Positions 22,286 to 35,366 of a DNA stretch of 64,000 bases are shown here, one piece after another. This DNA is from Mytilus trossulus (taxonomy: Eukaryota), in assembly GCF_036588685.1 (NCBI RefSeq), contig NW_026963312.1, positions 372,001-436,000 of the forward strand, read 5' to 3'. The notes beneath the pieces are model-generated. The model was not told the origin of the DNA. It was given only the letters and a program-made list of their open reading frames with translations, and ran no database searches. Position 1 is the first letter of the stretch. Each line of letters begins with the position of its first letter. Position numbers and translations under genes: made by a program.

Positions 22286-25200
22286 CTAGGAGTTCGGATC
22301 ATATTGTGGTACAATACCTTCAAATTCTTTGACCCATCTTTCAAACTTACGTGGGGAAAACCTAAAATGAAAGAAAACAATAAAGCAAATACTAGTAGCA
22401 TCATTATCAACTTCCAAGCAAGGACCGAAGCTCATAAACTCGGCAATCAACGTGTTGAACGCAGGACTTCGGGAATGTCCGGAGAGCCGACAACCTTGCT
22501 TCGGAAGTTGCATCATTATGTGATGCATATATCCTCACAATACCAATAGTTTAATATACAGAATCATTATCCGGGTGACTGGCATTGCCGCAAGTGAAGT
22601 GGCAAATATTATAAGAAGGGAACCTTTTTAAATACACTATGAAAGGTTAAATGTGCAAAGTGGTTGGACCGAAATGAAGGAATGGATGGAGTTTTGTCTT
22701 CCCTCAGGCAGTTGCTATCTAAGTGTCCGAGATTTTGTCTTGCAACAGTCGACCTACGACGTACTTAGAGTATGGCACGTTCCCTAAAAGTTGATTTAAT
22801 ATTTAACGTCTCAATTCCGACCAGACATTGTCGCGTATTTATACATCCCACAGAGTCAAATAGACACCCCTCTTCTTCAGCATTTATCTTTACCGGCGGA
22901 TATTAGTAATCAAGTGATGACCTTAACCTATACCTTAATCAAATCTTGAGGTCAAAAGTATATGTATCCAACTTTCACAATGAAGATGTTGCTGCTATTA
23001 AAAAAAATCATTTATAGTTGTCTCGAGTATACATATGTTCAGGGCGGATCCAGCCATTTAAAAAATAAAAAAGGGGGGATTTCAACTATATGTCCCTATT
23101 CAAATGCATTGATCGGCAAAAAGGGGGTCCATTCCCCGACCTCCCCCCCCCCCCCCCCCCGACCCCCGATCCGCCAATGTATATACCTCTTTCAAGATCA
23201 TAGCACTTGTGATTTAATATGGTCATACTAACTTCGGCTTAGTGTATGCTTAAAACAGAGGTTTTGACTTATGAGTCTGGGTTGGTATGCATACAACCAC
23301 TTAAGTTTTAAGATATCCAAACGTAGACTTACTGTAGGACGCCATGTAGAAAAATCCGTTCGTTCTGAACAAATCTTAAGCAGCTTTATGCATACGGACC
23401 CCGAGATAAAGTTACTGTGTGCATTGGGTATTTTGTTAATTAAACAGTTATTGTTGAGATATAAAAATAAGAAATATTTTTTTCATTTATCACATCATAT
23501 TTTTTGGGGGGCGGGGGAGTGTCTAATTAAGAAGACTATCTGACTGATCAAATATGAAACAGTTTTAACACTAATCTGAAAGGAAAAAAAGGATTTTTAG
23601 AATGTTTTTGCGCACAAGGAATATTCTTGTCTTTCAAAATAAATCATAGCATTATTATAAAGGCATATATGCCTTTTTCAGACACAATCGCATGTTTCCC
23701 AACTATAATAACTCACATTTGTAGTTTCAAACCAAGATGGAGTATCCTAGGTATATACACGTGTTCTTCTTCATACTGGATACCTTTAACAACTTCAACA
23801 GCCACAGTACCAGGAGTTAATAATGTCGTTATTCTACAAAAGAATGATGGAATATCTGTATAGAAAGCAAAATAATATTATAACGTTTTTTTTTATAATT
23901 TTCCTCGACAAGACGATTGGATGACGCAAAATGAACAATATGACTGTACTAAAGCGGAATAACGATTTTGATACATGTATTCACCATTTGCTTACTGGAT
24001 ATTTTGTAAAAGACTTTGTCATTCTTATGGAGAAAATAATAGTTGTCGTTTGTTTATGTAATTTATACGTGTTTCTCGTTTCTCGTTTTGTTTATATAGA
24101 TTAGACCGTTGGTTTTCCCGTTTGAATGGTTTAACACTTTTAATTTTCGGGCCCTTTATAGCTTTTTGTTCGGTGTGAGCCAAGGCTCCATGTTGGAGGC
24201 CGTAACTTGACATATAATGGTTTACTTTTATAAAATGTTATTTGGATGGAGAGTTGTCTCATTGGCACTAACACCACATCTTCCTATATCTATACTAACA
24301 TGTGCTTGTGAAAAGAATAGACTTATCACATTTTTGTTCTGGGTTTGAATAAGACCAAAAGAAGCCGAAATAGCTCCGCGCTCTAAAATTTGACTGTGGA
24401 TTTCATATATCTATAAGTTATGTTAAGGTTTCAACATACTTGTGTAAATTTTATATATAATATTAAAGTATCCGAACATCTGTTTTCGGTCTCATTTGCC
24501 AGAGGTCAGACATAGTGGAACGAACCTTTGTCTGGATGAACCGGACTCATTCAATTAACAAGACGCATAGCCATATATTTGATACTTGCAATACCGTAGT
24601 TTTATGTATAGAAGCGGAAATTTATTAAAGGACACCGAATATAAAAAATTAAAATTAGCATGCCTGTTTCTTATTTGAAAACGGTACTTTTTTCATCATA
24701 ATGTAATAATGTGCTCTTTAATCTTGCAAAATCAACTATTGTCGTAGAATAATGTCAAGAAAGTACTAAACACAGTCTAAATTTATAAAATGTATTATGC
24801 TAACAGCCTATAATTGAATAAATTCAGGAATTTTCTACAAAAATAAATTTATCAGTCGATCTGTAAAAGCTCACATGAGCTTGTGTGTATGTAGTTTATT
24901 GAATATCGACTTTAAATAAAACTTTGAATTGAATTAAATAAAACAATAAAAAAAAATAGAATTATAGGATTTTATACTACATCGCTTTTAAAATCTGCTT
25001 ACTTGTCTCTGATCTGCTTGACCAGTCCAGTTGAAACAAATGCTGGACAAACGGTTGTAGTTTTTACTCCATTCTTCCCCAACTTCATAAGTTCTTCACT
25101 CAGAGCTTCGGTGAATCCATATACAGCATACTTAGATGCACTATAAAATAGAAAGTAAAAATATATATGTGTCACTACAAAAAAAAACTTTCACCAATAA

Positions 25201-28200
25201 AATCAAAAATAAAATTCCGGTAAATAAATCAGAATGCGATTTGCGTCATGACATGCCATTGTGATCCATTGTGTTACTTCACATAACGTGTGCAAAAACT
25301 GAGAAACTTTCACGAACTTTAATTGGAGAAAGACCGAGTGTCTTGATCATCGTGCATGTTTTAGTTTTATAGACTATAAATGACAATACATATTAGAAGA
25401 TGTGGTATGAAAGCCATTTCCAAGTCACAATTTGTAAAAGTAAATCACCGTAGGTCAAGGTACGGGTACTAATCGACATCCTAGATTAACGATCGTGTTC
25501 TAGTTTCGACCGACGGAAGGGATATGTTCGATTATCGGTGAGCTTTGGAATATCGGTTCATAACAAGTTGCGCTGTATGTTATAACATGTGCTCTACCTA
25601 TAATCTACCATATAGGCTGTCCCTGATTTAGCTACCATTGATGCTATAGTGACAATATGTCCACTGTTCTTTTCTATCATTGCTGGCAAAAATTCTTTCA
25701 CAGTCTGCGAATATAAGAGAAAAAAATATATATAAAAAATTTGACTGTGAAACATTATGCTTTTTATCAGAAGGTTATATTTGATCATACATGTACAAGA
25801 TTATAAAATTACTATATACTTTTGCGAAAAGTGGACCCATAACCTGTGTCTATGTATCATAGAGACAATGGTCATATATAATAACTCAATCTTAACATCT
25901 CAAAAGCTTTCGTTAAATAGTTGATTTTTTATACGCAAACAATGTATTGAAAATTATTTTAAAATTAACTTTACAACATCAAGAGTACTGGGCCAATTAT
26001 CAATAATATAGCCTTCATCTGGTAAATACATGTAAGTTGCAGTTTTCTGGATCCAATTTTAGTGGTGCCTTCATTGACCTCTTTTATTTTTTGTTCCTCT
26101 CCATTTGTGGAGAACTTATTTTTGTGATATGCAGTTTAAGAAGAAGAAAAAAATAGATCTAGTAAGTCGATCTTAAAAAAAGATTATATTTTCTCGCTGC
26201 GTTGAAGACCCACTGGTGGCTTTCGGCTGTTATCTGTTCGGGATATTATCTCTTTGAATATACCCGTTTCCATTCTTAACTTAATTGTGTGAAAAAAAAA
26301 CAAATATCTTCCGTATGACCAAGTAGAACAATCTTCTCCCAAGTCTGATGTTGCTTTTAAGTGTGGCGTCCTTTTGAGGATTTGACATGGAGGACTCGTG
26401 TCCGATTTGTTTAATTTAATGGTAAGGTATTAACTAATTTTTGAACTTCTTTGAAATTATAAACGTTACATATCTCAATAGATCAAATCAAAATAACTGA
26501 CGAAACCCAATTTCTTTACCCAGAAATGTGCCAACGTGTTAACATCAAAAGTTCTCCTTATGTGAGCCTCTTTAAGTTTTAAGAGTTCTCCACCATATAA
26601 AATTCCAGCATTATTCACCAGTATATCTACATCTCCTACTTCTTCTCTCAATTGTTCGGCTGTTTTGTGAATGTTGTCGGCATTTGCTACATCAACCACA
26701 TAAGACGTTGCTGAGCCACCCATCAGGTTGATCTGTGAAGCTGTCTCGTCGTTATTTGCCTGTAGATACAAGGACAACACATATTTTAGTGTTTGTTTAT
26801 ATGCAAATAGTTTTTTCGTGTTGTGATCTTCGTTCTCTTGTACATGTAGGTGCATCAAGTTTACATGAAAATAAATTCTTGTGAATCTCATGTCAAAAAT
26901 AACCTAACCCGAGCTAACTAAAAAGTTTCACTGTTTCACTTAAGATTCACGATAAACGTAATCTTTAGAAATATAAAAATATTATATGTCGTCTTTGTCA
27001 ATATTCAGTGGTTAATTTCACACTTTTTAAGCACGTTTTTGCGTGTCCATTTTGTAATGATAAAATTTATGAAAACGATTTCTTCAGTGTTTTTTCAGAG
27101 AGAGTCATAACATTTTGATACTATTTTGTTTAGTGTGTTTCTGTGTGTGGTTCTGCGGAAATAAAAAGACACATAATACAAACACAAAAAAAAAATGGCA
27201 TTAAAAATAAATATTGAACAACACAAAAGAGATATCAACCACCAACGATCGACTTCTCCGACAAAATACATGTACATACAACGACAAAACGTATAAAACA
27301 CTAGTACTAAAATAAATCAACTAATATCGATACAAATCTTTATCAAAAGATGGAAAATGTTTATGTAATATAAATAAACATTCAGATTATTATCAAATCA
27401 ACGTAGGGAATTATAGATTAGATCTTCTTTACATAATATAAGTATGATCAATAACCAAGAATAAACTTGAGATGACTATTTTTGGGTGAAGTGGACTAAA
27501 TATAGAACAACTAGTATCAGTATAGACGATTTCGGTAACTACTTTTCTAAAAATGGCGTCATTATAATAGTAAGATAACAGATATTGATAATGACACACT
27601 GATGTTTTCGTTTTCCTTCATTTTTTCAAAAGTTAAGCTACATTTTCAATAATATTGTCATATCTATAGTGAATGAAAGTTTGAACCGATTTTTTTCCTT
27701 GATAATTTTTGGATTTGGACTTAAACACGGAAAAGCACAAATTACAAGCATAATGCAATATAAAAAATCATGCATTAAGGCTTGCAAGATTTCCATATGA
27801 AATTGATACACGTCATGATATTTCGATAACAGAGAGAGTGCAATTGTAAGGTTTTCTGCAAACATCATAATTACATTTGCATCAGTTCATATACATTTTA
27901 ATTTAAAAAAAATAGACTCAGTTTTTACTTTCAACTTCACATTTCATTTCATTTTAGGACTCAATGAAATTGCGTCAAATCAGATATGAACTAATCCCCC
28001 CTTTAAACTTAGTTTTAAACAAGAATGTGTCCAAAGTACACGAATGCCCCGCTCGCACTATCATTTTCCATGTTCAATGGACCATGGAATTGGATAGAAA
28101 ATATAACAAGGCATTAAAATTAGAAAGATAATATCATAAGGAACATGTGTACTAAGTTTCAAGTTGATTGGACTTCAACTTTATCAAAAACTACCTTGAC

Positions 28201-29496
28201 CAAAAACTTTAACCTGAAACATACTCTTTTCAGTGGACCGTGAAATTGGGGTCAAAAGTTAAATTTGGTTTAAAAATTAGAAAGATCATATCATATTAAA
28301 GGAACATGTGTACTAAGTTTCAAGTTGATTGGACTTCAACTTCATCAAAAACTACCTTGACGACACTTTAACCTGAAGCGNNNNNNNNNNNNNNNNNNNN
28401 NNNNNNNNNNNNNNNNNNNNNNNNNNNNNNNNNNNNNNNNNNNNNNNNNNNNNNNNNNNNNNNNNNNNNNNNNNNNNNNNNNNNNNNNNNNNNNNNNNNN
28501 NNNNNNNNNNNNNNNNNNACAGACCAGAAAACATAATGACTTGGTACAGTCATTGTCAAATGTAGAAAATGGTGGATTGAACCTGGTTGTATAGCGCTAA
28601 ACCTCTCACTTGTTTGAATAAATAAAGGCAACAGCAGTATACCGCTGTTCAAACTGTATGACAGTCGTTTCAAATTCCATTGTATTTATTTTCAACGATG
28701 TGAACAAAAAAGACATAATTGGTAAAATAGTCAAAGTATGGTTACATCAGTCATCATTGCGTCACAATATCAAAATAAACACATATTTAACTAAAAAGCA
28801 CAAAAAGCATCTATCAAATTTTAAAACCACATCCATTACTTCGCGTGTATGACGTCAGCAAATATATACGTCACATAGGAAGAAATATAAACTAATTTTG
28901 TCGTTCAAAGCATTTAAAAAAAGTATAATTTCATATAATTTCACATGGGGAATTCTGGTATACAGGTTGAAAAAAATCTAGAATTTTTAAGAATCCAAAT
29001 AAGGTTAATATAACTATGCGAGTAAACAATTTTGTCGTTCAAAGAATTTTCAAACTTATAATAGAACAATAACATTATGACATATACTACACTACGTGCC
29101 AGAAATACAACACCAACACTCACAAAAACACACATAGAAACGCACAAACAATAACATAATAGTCATATTAAATGGTCCCTAAACTGTCATGTGTTGGCTG
29201 CTACCTGACTATTAATTAGTTTTTAACTGACGATATTAAATATGATATGTACTTTATTATTATTATATTACCTTATTTATATCCCATAAAACTAATTTTG
29301 CTCCTTTTCGTGCAAGTTCTAATGCGATTTCCTTTCCAATACCGTGTCCAGCACCTGTTACTAATGCAATTTTACCCGAGATGTTTTTGGGTTTAGCTGG
29401 AATCAAGGCTGTTACAAGGGCCACACAATAATAATACAACAGTCTTGGAAAGAAAATACACGTAAAAAAGATAATCTTCTCCACAAGCGATTCCAT
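22286..29496 (-). CDS. Short-chain dehydrogenase/reductase, SDR16C family (SDR16C5/RDHE2/HSD17B11-like), copy 1; exons 29272-29496, 26520-26759, 25598-25704, 25003-25140, 23717-23833, 22286-22361; 300 aa
   Basis: Hydrophobic N-terminus, TGAGHGIG Rossmann motif, [15 protein letters not shown], catalytic Y-S-A-S-K across exons 3/4. Exons sum to 903 nt, all GT-AG, no internal stop; AATAAA on minus near 22250. Confidence 0.93.
22408..22510. mobile_element. Second copy of the ~100-bp MITE, in the last intron of SDR copy 1
   Basis: Same sequence family as 12492-12592; 9-bp TSD CATCATTAT (22399-22407, 22511-22519). Confidence 0.85.
24020..24292 (-). repeat. Abundant SINE-like interspersed repeat; other copies near 2463-2680, 25395-25465, 33343-33453, 35717-36030, 42885-43020, 49490-49850, 51818-52020, 59020-59150
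   Basis: Shared core GGAAGATGTGGTRTGAGTGCCAATGAGACAACTCTCCATCC...AAAGTAAACCATTATAGG. Confidence 0.8.
28019..28540 (+). mobile_element. HINE-type element spanning the N gap 28381-28518; relative at about 45001-45410
   Basis: AACAAGAATGTGTCC start, tandem GGACCGTGAAATTGG...AACATGTGTACTAAGTTTCAAGTTGATTGG units; the relative ends in a (GACGAACG)n microsatellite. Confidence 0.7.
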
Positions 29497-30329
29497 TTGT
29501 TATGCTCCACTTAACCCGATTAATCCAGTAGATATATTCCGATTTACTATATCGAGCGCAACATTAGGACACTGACCCATAGAGACCTAGGGCGCTGAAT
29601 CATTCGAGTTATGCTCCACTGTAATTGACTACCTAGATGGGGTTAAATGATTAAAGAATAATGCCCTAAAAAGATGAAGATTAGAGAATAATGAGCCAAA
29701 AAATAGAAGATTAGAGAATAAAAGGGTTAATTTTTGGAAGATTAGAGAAAAAAGGGGTTAATTTTTTAAAGATTAGAGAAAAATGGGGTGAAAATTAAAT
29801 GTTTACAGAATAACAGACCCCCCCATCCATACCCTCCTATATAACGGCCGTTATCAGTCTATGGCAATCCCACATTGAAAGAAGTTACAAGCTGGTTGTT
29901 CACCTGTATCGCTCACCTGGTTTATCACTTCAACTTCCGATATATTTAATAAGATAAATAAGATTAGCATTGATAATATAGATACGATTTTTATTTAAAG
30001 TCGGATTTATAAAACATGGACAACACAATCTCACAATTTCCGAAAAATATTAACATGTGCATAATTTTTATGTATACATGGTATAAGAGTATATCAATCC
30101 AAAATTGAAAATAGTACACCAACAAAAAGATGGGAGCTTCGTCTATAGTATATTTACAAAAAAAGACTAAACAGAAAAGGTTAAAAATGAACAAAGACAA
30201 TTAAAAAAGAACACCATTAGAGAGGCGATGGGTGCCAAAAGAACAATCAAACTAACAAATCGGGAAAACAATTGAAAACGCCATGGCTTAAAAGAGAAAA
30301 ACAATCAAATACCAGTACACAAAAATCAA

Positions 30330-30430
30330 CAAGGTAAATCAAGGTAAATCAAGGTAAATCAAAGTAAATCAAAGTAAATCAAGGTAAATCAAGGTAAATC
30401 AAGGTAAATCAAGGTAAATCAAGGTAAATC
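30330..30430 (+). repeat. 10-bp minisatellite (AAGGTAAATC) x ~10
   Basis: Directly visible tandem array inside an interspersed repeat. Confidence 0.95.
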
Positions 30431-31601
30431 AAAGTCTGAGCAACACGAACCACATCAAAAACTAGGGGTGATATCAGGTGCTCCGGGCGGGTAAGCAGAT
30501 CCTGCTCTACATGTGTCAACCGTCGTGTTGCTCGTGCTTGTATAAACCCGTTGATAAGTGTTATTCGGTAAGTCACATTCTGGGTCAAAGGACGGAACTG
30601 TAGTTACGACAAACGGATGTTCCATAATGTCATCCAACTCGTGCTGGCCTCCGTAAATTATACGAAGGGACTTGAAACTCTTGGTTTAAATAGGTTTCTT
30701 GTGAGCAGCAACTCTCAATCAGCGCAAAACAATCCATTGAATATCTAATTACATGAAAATGGATACGTCGTATGCAGAAGCTAATGGAATGTTTCTACAT
30801 AGAAAAAGAGTGCTGGGATGCTTAAATCAAATCTATTGTCGTAAAATTTTGATTTAATTCGACTACGATTGTCAATTTCTAGATGTAAGTCAGGAAATGA
30901 GACCGTAATTGATGTATTCGTTATCTTATTTTCGATTGGATACTATTAAATGCATTCAACATAGTCATCAAATTTTAAATTATTTAGTGAGAAAACCAGA
31001 AAACCTCATCTATATAGCAGAAAGTGAATTATAGGATACTGCTAACTTTTTTTATTTCTTCTTTAGAAGTTCCATATGACGTCAGTCTCATATGAATAAA
31101 GGGGTACAGTTGCTTCCCATGGGAATGCCGAGTGCTTGTTGAAAAGCATGAAACAAATATGTTGTCAATCAATAAATCAAGATTATTAATGATGTCAAGA
31201 TAAGATTATAAACTGCGTCAACACTTCGAATCTATACTGCAAGACCATCATGTATTATTTGCGAAGTTGATACGGACTATTGATCAACAAGGTCTTGGTG
31301 TCTTCCAATGAACTTTTTAAGAAGGACAAGATTCTTTTTTAAATAACTTTGGAAATTTAAATATCTTCTCACATACTGATGACGTGTTTTAAAGTTTGAG
31401 TAGTAGGTACATATACTAGAATACTGAATTAGTTAAGGGAAACGTTGTCAAATCAAGAGACAACAATCCAAAGAGCAGTAATGCACAGCTAAACGGGAAA
31501 CGATTAGTAAAAAGTTAAATCACAAAAATACTGAACTCTGAGGAAAATTCAAAACGGAAAGTCCGTAATCGAATGGCAAAATCAAAAGCTCAAACACAAA
31601 A

Positions 31602-33140
31602 TGACATAGATATAATGTACATTCGCAACGACACAGACGTAATACAGAATGTAAGGAACATAAAGCACCCAATACATCGTGCTACACTAGTTATGGAGAC
31701 AGATATTGATCATCCTGGATTTGCCCGACTTATATTAATAGCAGAGAAGAAAGGAGAACCCGTCTGGGAACCTAGTAAAAGATGTAATACAGGAGTTGAC
31801 TACTTTATTAATATACACAACATAGCGTTGTTTAATGTATAGGTAACTTCACACGGTCCCTGTAGATCAGATTAACAACTGAGTACGGATTTTACATTCT
31901 GCGTAAGGAGCAAATACTTTCCTCACAACGCAGTGCCATGGGCATCCCGTCATCGACGTCAATGGCCATCTAGTACCGTAAATGACAGGATCATACATTA
32001 CGGATGTTTGATAGTACATATAGGACCCAACGATGACAGTTTATGGAGATTGTCTTTCTCTGTAGATGAAAAAAATCTTGTACATTCGTTTAATTTCACT
32101 CAACTGTTATGTTACGGTCTACTAAAATTAACATTAAAGCATATTGTTAATAGAAATAATGATGCAAAAGAGTTATTGTGTTCTTACTTTCTAAAAACGG
32201 CTTTATTCTGGGTCTCTGAGGAGGAAGATATTAACACATTTCGACTACTTAAATTGTATTTTTGTTTTTCTCTCTGTCTTTGTAGATTAATATCATGGGT
32301 AAACATCTGCTATTACTCGATTTATTTCACTTGACTGGGAGGAGTTTAACCGGTTCGCTCATAATAAACCAGTCCATCTATATTAAGGTGTTATAGGATA
32401 AACTCATCAATGAAGTTTCTAGTCATTCTTTTGTAAATTCCTTTGATGACACTGATTGGTAATTAGAAATCAGTATTTATTATAACGGCAATCATCCTTA
32501 TCACACACATTTTCAAATAGACTGTCCACATGCAAATTAAAACGTTAGCTCCGCCCGATCAGTTGAAATAACATTGGTAATACTGTCCAAACTATTTTAT
32601 ACCTGAACACAATATGTTCCAAGGAAAGATCAATCAGAGAAATAAAACGATACTGATACTTGTACTTGAGAGTATAAAGTGTGGAGAGATTGATAGATTA
32701 ATAACGAGTTTATTTCAGCTTGACAATGAAAATCCCCGTTTATCAAGTACAAAGATTGCACTTTCATTCGAAACGTTTGACGATCTATTTTACAGGATTG
32801 CTAGAATAAAATTGGAACCAACAGACCTTTTAAGTTTTAATGGTCTTTCAATTGCTCAATCTTTGATGAAGTCTGAATCTTCTACATTTATCATTGATGT
32901 ATGTTAATATTACTATGCTGAATTCAATCAATATATAGCGTAACTACTAACAACGCCAAACTCAAAAGGTAGCATGTACAACATACAAAAACGTTTCCAT
33001 GGACATTTACAAGACAGTGTAAAGACAGATGTTGTGTCCGGCTGGTTGTTATACGCGTCGTTTCATTATGTTCTTGGACAGTACGATGTAACGCTGAGAC
33101 TAACAGATTATGTTCTGTCAAGATGTACACCGGACATGAT
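31602..33140 (+). pseudogene. Decayed cGAS-like/Mab-21 receptor paralog
   Basis: Fragments DIDIM..VIQNVRNIKHPIH, WRLSFSVDEK..LLCSYFLKTALFW, VSGWLLYASF are colinear with 37431-39381. In-frame stops (e.g. 32905, 32941), frameshifts, a MITE at 32313-32580, and 5' and 3' truncation. Confidence 0.9.
32313..32580. mobile_element. TA-target MITE (Tc1/mariner-like) disrupting the cGLR pseudogene
   Basis: Imperfect ~37-bp TIRs; the TA of codon TAC in C-Y-C-P-N-Y-F is duplicated on both sides. Confidence 0.8.
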
Positions 33141-35366
33141 GAAAAATAAAGAAAAACTAAACGATTGTTGTGAGATACAAAGTGTACAATTTAAATTGTG
33201 AGATCCACGCGTAGCCTCTGGCTGTTGGCAATCCTCTTTAAATAGATAAAGAATTAAATTAAATTAAATTGTCTTTTATTGAAAGGATGAAAATATCCTA
33301 TGCTCATATGGGTTTCTACATAAAACACTCGTCACTAATACCAAGGCTCCGTGTTGAAGGCCGTACATTTACCTTTAATGGTTTACTTTTATAAATTGTT
33401 TTTTGGATGGAGAGTTGTCTCATTGGCACTCACACCACATCTTCCTATATCTATAAAGTGAAAACAGCTGAAGTGATTTTATGAACTTCGAACTTACATT
33501 ACTAAATATAAATGTCCTTGTACGTACATTGATACAAGTGTTTGACAAGTTTATGTATCGTTTTATAACAACTCAACGATACTTCTCCGAAAAAGTACTT
33601 TTCAATGTTTGTATTAGGAAGTGTTATTTTCTTTTTGTTTTAGTTTCTCTTTTTCTACTATATTAAATTATAACAAAATGTAGGCAATCAAAGACGCATT
33701 ATTTAATATTTTAAATCTAAACATGATTTAAAATAGATGCAGATTGATTGCAATTTCAAAACGGTAATAAATACGTAAAAAGTAAAATCACAAAAATACT
33801 GAGCTTCGAGGAAAATCCAAAACGGAAAGTTACTAATCAAATGGCAAAATCAAATAAATGTATGATAGTTATCATTTGACTACTAGGAATTTTATGTATT
33901 ATTCGACAAGAATAGAGGCAGTTTTATGATTTATGAACGTTATGTTTTGATTTCCTTGTAAGTACACAACTTTCAATTAGCAAGTGACCTTCGTTCCATC
34001 CTTAATTTAAAACGATCACAATCTAATATCCGCATGACAAATATTTGCACTGTTTTCATCAGGAAGTTTTTCTCTTTGTTTCAGCTTCTACAAAACCCTA
34101 CTTTTGATTATCTTAAATAAGTAATATTGTGTGACTACAAGTGTTCCAGTCATCAAGCAGTCCAGTGAAAAAAGGTAAGAGATAATACATCTGTAGAAAC
34201 ACTTACATTGTAGTAGACGCTTACCCTGTCGTGGTATCCGGATTTCCCCAGGGTTTGTTTGTAACCTAAGTAAGTCTCTTCTTACATGATATACGAAACT
34301 TAAACATTGGTAATCTACTACTATCTTTATTTATAAGACATGAAATATACTTTCATGTGATCATCGAAATTGTAATCGTAATCGACTGTAATTGTTTTGA
34401 TTTTATTTAAATTTTTTTTTTGGGGGGGGGGGGGGGGCGGGGAGTGGGATAAAGGTGGGATAAAGACCAAATCACAATGATAAATGCAACTTTTTTTCTA
34501 AACATCGGAATTAATATATAAGATACACGATTGTCAACTTAGTTTCATACATTTTACATCAGATACATGAAATGTAACTAAAGTAAATTGTAACTTAAAG
34601 GAGGAGGATTTATAAAATGATAAAAAGAAAATACACCTAAAATTGAAAAATAGAAATCTTCATTTATTTATTGTTAGTTTAATTGGTAAACAAATATAAT
34701 CTGGACACTGTAGTGGGATGTCATAGTGACGTTGTAGCAAAATATTTTCTCGAGTGCAGCTGCTGTTCTATAATATTAGTATTAGTATATTAATAACAAG
34801 ATAAAACATGTGGTTAATTTGACAGTTTTTGCTGTTCGGCATTACATTTAAGAAGTTCGAAGCCTTAATCATAACATGTAGTACAAAGTATAAAAATAAT
34901 ACAATTGTCACAGACTAATGTCTTATAAACACCTGAAAAATAAGTTTGTGATAGATTTATACTACTTTTTGATTTTTGAGTTAAAGGGAAAAATGTAGTG
35001 TCTTTATTATGACTGTCATAAAAACCAGGATTAGTCCACCATCTTCTACATAAGAAAATGCCTGTTCCAAGTCAGGAATATGACAGTTTGTTATCCATTC
35101 GTTTGATGAGTTAGGGAATAAATTTTGCCATTTGATTAGGAACTTTCCGTTTTGAATTTTCCGCGGAGTTCAGTATTTTTGTTATTTTACTTCTTATCAT
35201 ACCACCTCCCTTAGAAATCAAGTTTTACATTTTGACTGATTATGTATTAACTGATAGTCAGCATATTATTTTATATATCAAACAGTAATATGGAACTTAG
35301 TATTCATTTCATACGAAATTAGCCCAGAGATTAAATGTATTTACATATAACTTTCTTACAGGCATT

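Noticed and set aside
28352-28673. ORFs spanning N runs (also 59510-59863)
   Set aside because: Created by assembly gaps.
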